A DNA stretch of 24,000 nt. It comes from Chitinophaga japonensis. Lineage in GTDB: Bacteria; Bacteroidota; Bacteroidia; Chitinophagales; Chitinophagaceae. The translations under genes were made by a program, and so were the position numbers. Position 1 is the first letter of the stretch. Each line of letters begins with the position of its first letter. Shown here piece by piece: positions 10,601 through 16,627 of the stretch. The stretch is from NCBI RefSeq assembly GCF_007830125.1, contig NZ_VLLG01000003.1:152247-176246 (forward strand), written 5' to 3'. The notes beneath the pieces were generated by a model, which saw only the letters and a list, made by a program, of their open reading frames with translations, ran no database searches and was not told the DNA's origin.

Positions 10601-11684
10601 CGTGGAAGATGACGGCATCGGTATCCCGGACGCTGATATTAAAAATATTTTCAAGCAATTCTTTACTACGGCCCGGGGCAGCCATGCCTATCATAACCTG
10701 GGCGGCTCCGGTATAGGGCTGGCGCTGGCCAGCTCCCTGGCAGAGAAGCATGGCGGGAAGCTGCTGGTAGAAAGCAGGGAAGGCGTGAGAACGGTTTTCA
10801 CGCTGGAGATACCGCTTACTACAGGCAGCGTGCTGCCCCCCGCATCTGCAGATGGCGGCGAAGAAACCGCGCCGGACAATGGTCAGCCGCTCATCCTGGT
10901 AGTGGAAGACGACCGGGAGATACAAACCTTCCTCACTAAAAGTTTCCAGTCCGGCGGTTATAACGTGGTAAAGGCCGACAACGGGAAGGCCGCCATGGAA
11001 ATGATAGCCGCCAACGACGTGGACCTGGTGATCTCCGATGTAATGATGCCGGAAATGGATGGTTTTGAGCTGTGCCAGGTGGTAAAATCAAACATCCAGT
11101 ACAGCCACATACCTTTGGTGCTGCTCACGGCCAAAGGCAACAGCGAGGCGGAGATCAGGGGGATAGAGACCGGCGCGGACGCCTACATTATGAAGCCATT
11201 CAAATGGAAGCATATTATCGCGGTGGTCAAAAACCTGCTGAGCTCCCGGGAAAAGCTGCGGCTCAAATATTCCGAGCAGCCGAACAGCGATGTAAGCGTG
11301 CTGGCTACCAACAGCCGCGACAAGCAGTTCATGGAAAAGGTGGTCAGCATCATTGAAGCAAGGATCATAGACCCCCAACTTTCCGTGGAGGAACTTAGCA
11401 AAGACATGGCCATGAGCCGTTCCAGCCTGCACAAGAAACTGAAATCCCTGTCCGGGTACGTACCGAATGAATTAATAAAGCTGGTCCGTTTAAAACACGC
11501 GGCCCGCCTGCTGCAGGCCGGCGGGCATTCCATCGCGGAAATAGCCTACATGACCGGTTTCAGCTCCCCGTCCTATTTCTCCAAGTGTTTTCAACAGCAG
11601 TTCAGGCTCACCCCCAAAGAATACGCGGATAAAAATGCCGGTCCGGGTATGCAGGACCTGGATGACTTGATTGGCAGGGAGTAA
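7635..11684 (+). CDS. Hybrid two-component system regulator (periplasmic beta-propeller/Y_Y_Y sensor, HisKA, HATPase, REC, AraC-type HTH)
   Basis: Start chosen at the MKRIIYWYVLSFLVL signal/TM, 7 nt after the upstream stop. Repeated propeller motifs are present (WFGTKNGLSRFD, WIGTENGIYILD, WVGTEDGGLHYF and others). TM segment TLAYAIFTLLALGAAWGIY. H-box FFTMMAH843EIRTPLS (His codon nt 10161-10163). G-boxes DDGIGIP and GGSGIGLA. Receiver ILVVEDD...LVISD1135VMMPEMDG. C-terminal AraC HTH IAEIAYMTGFSSPSYFSKCFQQQF. Confidence 0.92.
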   Translation: MKRIIYWYVLSFLVLRFYESSGQQLLFRNYTVSEGLPSSTVRAIAQDDQGYMWFGTKNGLSRFDGYQFRNFQYKKDDPLALGNNFIHCITRFDSTHLWIGTENGIYILDLETERFSPFVPLQEKTVFDILRGRDGMVWISSRLDGLYRYDPGKKTTTQFKANQSASSISGNNVNRLAEDEDGNIWIGTFGHGIDIYNPATKTFTNLRSANSGLSNDYINTLYKGWDGVMWAGTMNGGLCKWQKEQQSFKVYRNDGGPHSIRDNIVRALCQVSPDKIYVGTEKGLNVLDIATDKFVAYTNQSNDPFSISDNAVYSIFSDKGGTMWVGTYFGGVNYFNEKGAAFELYYPLEGPHSLKGRAVSSFLEDTPGKFWVGTEDGGLHYFNSITKTFRRYPFQPGQQPLSYHNIHALVKDRAGRIWIGIFAGGVNVYDPETGRVQYFSQQPGNIHALNSNNVFCIYEDREGKIWVGTDKGLNLFNPEQRSFTSVRQEGVSNTIIYDVYEDAHQTIWIATYNNGLVFYNKKTEQWGRISAEDPGTQLASNKLVCLFDDHKGHLWIGSDGGGLHQYNFETKQVTQYSDKAGMHANVVYGIQQDDAGLMWITTNNGIYSIDPATGNIRHFTRQDNLQSQQFNYKAFYRASDGKLLAGGIKGFNAFYPEKLSDVPARVRVSFTNFQLFNKQVPLSDDGPLSKQINYTNRLILQHNQSVMSFEFAVLNFSAPEKLSYAYKMEGFDPDWNYVGDQRKATYTNLAPGTYTFRVKATVNESNWDAPVSTMELVIRPPFYRTTLAYAIFTLLALGAAWGIYRYSASYIRRQNQIKVERLKNKEEQEFYARKIEFFTMMAHEIRTPLSLIIAPLERLLSINKWQPEEREQLVTMDENASRLMDLVNQLLDFRRIESDAYEIKKEEVEVVSLVQSIYSRFSSLPYQKDIEFTMSTKVGKLLLQADPEVLNKVLSNLLINAFKFARKKVNITVAEAARTATGDPRVCISVEDDGIGIPDADIKNIFKQFFTTARGSHAYHNLGGSGIGLALASSLAEKHGGKLLVESREGVRTVFTLEIPLTTGSVLPPASADGGEETAPDNGQPLILVVEDDREIQTFLTKSFQSGGYNVVKADNGKAAMEMIAANDVDLVISDVMMPEMDGFELCQVVKSNIQYSHIPLVLLTAKGNSEAEIRGIETGADAYIMKPFKWKHIIAVVKNLLSSREKLRLKYSEQPNSDVSVLATNSRDKQFMEKVVSIIEARIIDPQLSVEELSKDMAMSRSSLHKKLKSLSGYVPNELIKLVRLKHAARLLQAGGHSIAEIAYMTGFSSPSYFSKCFQQQFRLTPKEYADKNAGPGMQDLDDLIGRE

Positions 11685-11709
11685 GGGCGGCCTTACACTG
11701 CCTGCCCCA

Positions 11710-11740
11710 TTTTCGGGAAATTTGTACATCTTTTCGGGAA
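11710..11740 (+). repeat. Direct repeat TTTTCGGGAA x2, 21-bp centre-to-centre, upstream of the candidate promoter
   Basis: There are exact 10-nt copies at 11710-11719 and 11731-11740. The first copy extends to the near-palindrome TTTCGGGAAA. The spacing equals two helical turns, and the proximal copy sits ~33 nt upstream of the -7 box. Confidence 0.4.
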
Positions 11741-11772
11741 CTGCCCGCATTCTCCTGCCTGTAGCCGTCCTG

Positions 11773-11780
11773 TAGTTTTG
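11773..11780 (+). promoter_or_regulatory. Candidate -7 promoter box for the YHS-DoxX-DinB-NRDE/ATP-grasp-LysE operon
   Basis: TAGTTTTG matches TAnnTTTG and ends 25 nt before the ATG at 11806. There is no good -33 TTTG at the expected spacing, so confidence is low. Confidence 0.3.
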
Positions 11781-11805
11781 TGGCGTACTTAAAAACGATC
11801 AACTC

Positions 11806-12249
11806 ATGAGGAATTTTGTCATTGCTGCAACTGTATTATTACTGGCCGCCTGCGGCACGCAAACAAAAAAGGGAGAAATCTTTGCTCCGGATGGCCAAGC
11901 CATCAAGGGATACGACCCGGTGGCTTTTTTCAGGGAGGGAAAACCGGTAGCAGGATCAGGCGACTGGACCTATACCTGGAAAGACGCCCAGTGGCGCTTT
12001 GCCTCCAAAGAAAACCTGGACAGCTTTAAAACTAACCCGGAGCACTATGCCCCGCAGTACGGAGGCTGGTGCGCTTACGGAACCTCGCAGGGGCATAAGG
12101 CTCCCACCACCACGGATACCTGGACCATTGTAGACGGCAAGCTGTATTTCAATTACGATCAGAAAGTGAAAGCTACCTGGATGACGGACCAGCCGGGCTA
12201 TATTGAAAAAGCAGACAGCGTATGGGTGGATCTGAAGGACAAGGAATAA
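11806..12249 (+). CDS. YHS-domain lipoprotein
   Basis: 147 aa. Lipobox LLLAA-C16. IKGYDPVAFF, WRFASKENLDSFKTNPEHYAPQYGGWC89AYG and WTIVDGKLYFNY match the small secreted YHS-domain family common in Bacteroidota. There is no in-frame TGA. Confidence 0.8.
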   Translation: MRNFVIAATVLLLAACGTQTKKGEIFAPDGQAIKGYDPVAFFREGKPVAGSGDWTYTWKDAQWRFASKENLDSFKTNPEHYAPQYGGWCAYGTSQGHKAPTTTDTWTIVDGKLYFNYDQKVKATWMTDQPGYIEKADSVWVDLKDKE

Positions 12250-12279
12250 GCGATCTGCAAACATTAAAAATTCGGCGTT

Positions 12280-12690
12280 ATGGCTACCAAACTCAAAAAT
12301 GTATTGTACTGGATGCTGCGGCTGCTGGCAGCGCTTATTATGCTGCAGACCCTGTTCTTCAAGTTCACCGCGGCACCGGAGTCTGTTTATATATTTTCCA
12401 GTTTGGGAATGGAGCCCTGGGGGCGTATAGGCACCGGCGTGCTGGAGCTGGCAGCCTCCCTGCTGTTGCTCATTCCCCGTACCACGGCCCTGGGAGCCGT
12501 GCTGGGGCTGGGGTTGATGAGCGGCGCCCTGTTCTTCCATCTTACCAGGCTGGGTATCGAGGTGCAGCAGGACGGCGGCCTGCTTTTCCTGTATGCGCTC
12601 CTGGTGTGGATAAGCTGCCTGGTCCTGGCGCTGGTGTACCGGGTGCAGTTACTGCATTTGTTCTTTAAGGAAAAATCTACGGCATTATGA
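12280..12690 (+). CDS. DoxX-family small integral membrane protein
   Basis: 136 aa with four hydrophobic segments. The layout LRLLAALIMLQTLFFKF ... GTGVLELAASLLLLIP ... ALGAVLGLGLMSGALFFH is typical of DoxX-like proteins. Its stop overlaps the next start (ATGA at 12687-12690). Confidence 0.75.
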   Translation: MATKLKNVLYWMLRLLAALIMLQTLFFKFTAAPESVYIFSSLGMEPWGRIGTGVLELAASLLLLIPRTTALGAVLGLGLMSGALFFHLTRLGIEVQQDGGLLFLYALLVWISCLVLALVYRVQLLHLFFKEKSTAL

Positions 12691-13208
12691 TAACTCCCGG
12701 TAGTGCAACACAACTGGCAGCCCCTGTAGCGGGGCTGCTTACACAATTGCAACGCATGCTGGAGCACCTGACCGAAGAGCAGTACTGCCGGCGGATAAAG
12801 GTGCTCTCCCATGCCACGCTGGGACAGCACACCCGGCATATTATAGAGTGCTTCCTGGAGCTGGATGCCGGCTATGCCAGCGGTGAGGTAAACTATGACC
12901 AGCGAAAAAGGGACCACCGCATAGAAACCAGTAGGTCCTTTGCCATTAACCGCCTGGGAGTAGTGATCGCACAACTGGAAAAGGCGGATAAACCATTGCG
13001 CTTGGTAATAGACTACAGCCATGACGGTGAGGCGCCCGGCGCTGTAACCACCAGCTACCACCGGGAGCTGGTCCATAACCTGGAGCATGCCGTTCATCAT
13101 ATGGCCCTCCTCAGGATCGGTGTGAACGCGGTATCCGCTTTGGTGCTGCCGCCGGATTTTGGCGTAGCAATGTCCACCCTGAAATACAGGAATGCATGTG
13201 TACAGTAA
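12687..13208 (+). CDS. DinB-like (four-helix-bundle, His-triad) protein
   Basis: 173 aa. Histidine motifs in the DinB/DinB_2 arrangement: LGQHTRHIIECF near the N-terminus and HNLEHAVHHMALL near the C-terminus. Translationally coupled on both sides. Confidence 0.7.
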   Translation: MITPGSATQLAAPVAGLLTQLQRMLEHLTEEQYCRRIKVLSHATLGQHTRHIIECFLELDAGYASGEVNYDQRKRDHRIETSRSFAINRLGVVIAQLEKADKPLRLVIDYSHDGEAPGAVTTSYHRELVHNLEHAVHHMALLRIGVNAVSALVLPPDFGVAMSTLKYRNACVQ

Positions 13209-14992
13209 CCTTTATACCAACGGCTGCCGGCGCATACCTCACCTCCAACCGGGATGAACGCCCGGACCGGGGGCAGGCCCTGCATCCTGAGCAATATAAC
13301 GTGAACGGGCACATGCTGCTCTATCCCAAAGACCCGGAGGCCGGCGGCACCTGGATAGCGCTGAAGGATAACGGCGATGCGGCTGTACTGCTGAACGGAG
13401 CTTTTATTAAGCACCTGCACCGGCCCCCGTACCGGCGAAGCCGGGGACTGGTGCTGCTGGACGTAATAGCGGAGACCAACCCGGGAAGGCAGTTCAGCGC
13501 GATGGACCTCGAAGGGATAGCGCCTTTTACGCTGGTGCTGGTGCAGCAGGGCCGGCTGTGGGAGTGCCGCTGGGATGGGTTTAAGAAATATAGCCTGGCC
13601 CTGGATGCCCGGCGGCCGTATATCTGGTCCTCCGCTACCTTGTATGATGACTGGGCGGCGCTGGAAAGGAAGCGCTGGTTTACGGACTGGCTGCAGGAGC
13701 ACGAGGTGAGCGGGGAGCATATCCTGCGTTTCCACCAGTACGCAGGGAATGGCGATGCCCGGAACAGCCTGGTGATGAACCGGGATAACCAGGTACGCAC
13801 GGTCAGTATCACCTCCGTTTACACGGGTCGGGAAGGGCTGCGCATGCAGTACCGCGACCTACGCTCCGGCGACGATGTGGAAAGGATGTTTACCGGCGGC
13901 AAAAAGGACGGTCCTGCAAGGAAAGGTACGGTGCTGCAACGGTGCCGCCTGTATGTGCGGCGCATCCTGACCCGGGCTACGCATTGGGAATACTGGCCTT
14001 CCCGCCTGGTATACGCGCCATTGTATTTATACTGGCTGTGGTTAAGCCTGAAGGCCCGTTCCTTCTTTTTCTTCAGTGCGGCCAATCTCGGTATTGCATA
14101 TGCCGGTTTTGCACAGGAACGGAAGAGCGATATATACCGGCTGATACCGCAGCAGTATTACCCGCGCACACAACTGTGCCCTGCCGGCGTTCCTGCCGGG
14201 ATCGTAGCGGATCAACTGGAAAAGAAAGGAATGAGTTTCCCCTTGATCGCCAAGCCGGATATGGGAGAGCGTGGGGTACAGGTGAAGCTGTTGCAAACCC
14301 CGGAGGAACTGGAGCGCTATTGCCGGGTCAGCAGGGTGGACTTCCTGGTGCAGGAGTACATAGATCACCCGCTGGAAGCGGGTATATTCTACTACCGTAT
14401 ACCGGGAGCGGAGCGGGGCCATATCTCAGGTATTGCAGGGAAGGAGTTTCTCTCCGTTACCGGGAACGGCCGCTCCAGCATCGCCAGCCTGCTGGAAAAG
14501 GAGGGCCGGGGACTCCTGCAGCTACCGGCGCTGCGGGCCACGCATGGCGCTGCGCTGGACAGGGTGCTGCCTGCGGGCCGGCGTCAAACAATAGTGCCGT
14601 ATGGTAATCATAGCCGGGGCGCCCGGTTCACGGACCAGGGCCACCGCGCCGGCGAAGCGCTGACAAACATGATAGATGACCTGTGCAAACAGGTGCCGGG
14701 ATTTTATTATGGCCGGCTGGACATCCGTTTCAGGAGCTGGGAAGACCTGGCGCAGGGCCGTCATTTTTCCATTATAGAACTGAATGGTGCAGGAAGCGAG
14801 CCTACGCATATCTATGACCCGGCGCATTCCCTGTTCTTTGCCTGGAAGGAAATATGCCGGCACTGGCGGCTGCTGTACCGCATCAGCAGGCTGAACGCCA
14901 GGGGCGAAGGGCTTACGTTGATGAATACGGCCGAAGGCATTAAAATGTTGCAGGAGCATGCACGGTATTTAAAACAGGTGGAACAAATATGA
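13196..14992 (+). CDS. Fusion protein: N-terminal NRDE/TANGO2-like (Cys2, Ntn-type) domain plus C-terminal ATP-grasp ligase domain
   Basis: 598 aa. M-C2-TVTFIPTAAGAYLTSN18RDE is the NRDE-family signature with an N-terminal Cys (aa ~1-230). A basic linker follows, then the hydrophobic stretch HWEYWPSRLVYAPLYLYWLWLSLKARSFFFFSA. ATP-grasp-like motifs: FPLIAKPDMGERGVQVKLL, DFLVQEYIDHPLEAGIFYY and FSIIELNGAGSEPTHIYD. There is no in-frame stop between the domains. Confidence 0.75.
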   Translation: MCTVTFIPTAAGAYLTSNRDERPDRGQALHPEQYNVNGHMLLYPKDPEAGGTWIALKDNGDAAVLLNGAFIKHLHRPPYRRSRGLVLLDVIAETNPGRQFSAMDLEGIAPFTLVLVQQGRLWECRWDGFKKYSLALDARRPYIWSSATLYDDWAALERKRWFTDWLQEHEVSGEHILRFHQYAGNGDARNSLVMNRDNQVRTVSITSVYTGREGLRMQYRDLRSGDDVERMFTGGKKDGPARKGTVLQRCRLYVRRILTRATHWEYWPSRLVYAPLYLYWLWLSLKARSFFFFSAANLGIAYAGFAQERKSDIYRLIPQQYYPRTQLCPAGVPAGIVADQLEKKGMSFPLIAKPDMGERGVQVKLLQTPEELERYCRVSRVDFLVQEYIDHPLEAGIFYYRIPGAERGHISGIAGKEFLSVTGNGRSSIASLLEKEGRGLLQLPALRATHGAALDRVLPAGRRQTIVPYGNHSRGARFTDQGHRAGEALTNMIDDLCKQVPGFYYGRLDIRFRSWEDLAQGRHFSIIELNGAGSEPTHIYDPAHSLFFAWKEICRHWRLLYRISRLNARGEGLTLMNTAEGIKMLQEHARYLKQVEQI

Positions 14993-15747
14993 GCATACAT
15001 ATCCGGTTGATGGGGTGGGCCATGGCGATCAGTTTCCTGGGCTCGCTGCCCCTGGGCACGCTGAACCTGGGCGTAGCCAATTTTGCATTCCGGCATGATC
15101 TGCCGGGGGCGGTTGGTTTTGCGGCCGCCGCTATTGCGGTGGAGATGGTACTGGTGCGCATCGCGTTGCTGGCGGTTAAGCGGCTGGAAGGATTAAAACG
15201 CCTGTTCCGGTTCTTCAGCGTGATGGCCTGCCTGGTATTGCTGCTCCTGGCTTTTAACAGCCTGTCCGCCGCCTGGCAGCGGCTGATGTTCCGGGCGGAG
15301 TTGCCTTTTATGGACCTGCCCCCGGTGCTGTCAGGATTGTTGCTGAGCATTATCAATCCCCTGCACCTGCCTTTCTGGATGGGATGGACCGCGGTGCTCC
15401 GGTCCAAACAGGTGCTGCACGACGGCCCCGGCGCCTACAACGCTTACGCGGCTGCTATCGGGGTGGGAACAGCACTGGCGTTTGTGGTATATGGCATGGC
15501 CGGGCACTTCTTAATTGACCACCTGCAGCGGCAGCAGGTATTATTGAACTGGATCATTGGCATCGTGCTGCTGGTGAGCGCGTTGGCACAACTGTATAAA
15601 ACCTTTTCGGCGCCGCGGCCGGCCGCCGTAAGCTGCAACGCGGGTCAGGAGCCCCGGGCGTTGCCGGCAGAGAAGAGAGAAGCCTTGCTGTTACGGAACT
15701 CGGAAGGCGAAACAGATACTGCTTTCTTGAAAAAGTTGCTGAAATAA
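14989..15747 (+). CDS. LysE/RhtB-superfamily small-solute exporter
   Basis: 252 aa with about six hydrophobic helices. N-terminal GSLPLGTLNLG and central SIINPLHLPFWMGW resemble the LysE-superfamily PGP and NP..FW motifs. The start overlaps the upstream stop (ATGA at 14989-14992). A hydrophilic ~45-aa tail overlaps the 3' end of the convergent AraC gene. Confidence 0.7.
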   Translation: MSIHIRLMGWAMAISFLGSLPLGTLNLGVANFAFRHDLPGAVGFAAAAIAVEMVLVRIALLAVKRLEGLKRLFRFFSVMACLVLLLLAFNSLSAAWQRLMFRAELPFMDLPPVLSGLLLSIINPLHLPFWMGWTAVLRSKQVLHDGPGAYNAYAAAIGVGTALAFVVYGMAGHFLIDHLQRQQVLLNWIIGIVLLVSALAQLYKTFSAPRPAAVSCNAGQEPRALPAEKREALLLRNSEGETDTAFLKKLLK

Positions 15748-16520
15748 GCCGCATCCTCAAAGCCCAGTTCATAGGCGATCTCCTTAGATGATTTATCGGT
15801 ATAGATCAGCAGCCGTTTGGCTTCCAGGGCAACCCTGTCCTGTATGACCGCCAAAGGAGATTTGTTGTTATACAGCGCAAAAAGGTTCGCCAGCGTTTTG
15901 GGCGAACGGTGCAATTGCTCTGCATAGAACTTTACCCGGTGCTGCTTTTTATAATTTTGCTCCACCAGCAGGTTAAACTGGCGGATAATGTCCAGCTTCT
16001 GGTCCGTAAGTTCCTCACTCAGGAATTGCTGCTTGGCCAGGCGGGTAACAATGATGATGAGTCTTTTCAGGAGCATCTGCAGCATATCCTCCTGGATATT
16101 GTCCACCGTTTCAAATTCCTCGATGAACACTTTCAGCAGCAGGTCCAGCTTATACTGCTTTTCCTCATTCAGCACCGTGAACATGAGCTGCTGCGAGCCG
16201 TAAAATAAAAAGCCCACGCAGCTCACTTCCTTGTCATGGTTAACAATGCAGTAAAAATCGCGGTTAAACTGCCAGGCAATAATATCCGCCGGGTTGGAGA
16301 AATGGAAACTCTGGTTGATCATGAGGCAGAGGATGGAATGCTGCGGGAAGTCATATTGCACGCCATCCACTACTACGGACTGGGCAGCGCCCCGGTTCCA
16401 GGCCATGGTCAGCAATTTTTCCTTACGATCCCTCCCGTAGAAGATACGGTCGAAGGTATCTTCGTCCAACACCAGGCGGCATTCGCCGGTGGTCTTGCTG
16501 TTCCTGTATATTAACTTCAT
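15645..16520 (-). CDS. AraC-family transcriptional regulator
   Basis: 291 aa. C-terminal double HTH: FYAEQLHRSPKTLANLF ... SSKEIAYELGFEDAAYFSNFFKKAVSVSPSEFR. The N-terminal ~150 aa form a ligand or dimerisation domain of unknown specificity. Confidence 0.85.
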   Translation of the reverse strand: MKLIYRNSKTTGECRLVLDEDTFDRIFYGRDRKEKLLTMAWNRGAAQSVVVDGVQYDFPQHSILCLMINQSFHFSNPADIIAWQFNRDFYCIVNHDKEVSCVGFLFYGSQQLMFTVLNEEKQYKLDLLLKVFIEEFETVDNIQEDMLQMLLKRLIIIVTRLAKQQFLSEELTDQKLDIIRQFNLLVEQNYKKQHRVKFYAEQLHRSPKTLANLFALYNNKSPLAVIQDRVALEAKRLLIYTDKSSKEIAYELGFEDAAYFSNFFKKAVSVSPSEFRNSKASLFSAGNARGS

Positions 16521-16550
16521 TTTAGTATGCGCTCCGGGTGGAAGTTATGC

Positions 16551-16610
16551 AAAACCTGTAAAAAGCACAAATGCAGCGACGCCGTGTACGGCATCGCTGC
16601 ATTTGCTTTT
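16551..16610 (-). terminator. Rho-independent terminator after the SusC/SusD operon (hairpin usable in both directions)
   Basis: A 16-bp stem with one mismatch pairs 16568-16583 with 16590-16605 around the loop GTGTAC. On the - strand it is followed by TGCTTTTTACAGGTTTT, and on the + strand by CTTTTATAT. It lies 23 nt past the SusD stop. Confidence 0.7.
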
Positions 16611-16627
16611 ATATGCGTTGATCAGCT

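Noticed and set aside
9699-10925. A 408-aa ORF antisense to the histidine-kinase portion of the hybrid two-component gene.
   Set aside because: It is a shadow ORF. The sense strand carries unmistakable HisKA and HATPase motifs, while the antisense translation has no family features.
11685-11714. A weak hairpin GGGCGG...CTGCCC followed by CATTTTC just after the hybrid two-component gene, considered as its terminator.
   Set aside because: The stem is only about 6 bp including a G-U pair, and the T-tract is interrupted. It may contribute to termination but is not convincing enough to annotate.
12387-13735. ORFs of 237 aa and 212 aa on the - strand, opposite the DoxX, DinB and NRDE genes.
   Set aside because: The + strand genes show family motifs and start/stop coupling. 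The - strand translations are compositionally biased and featureless.
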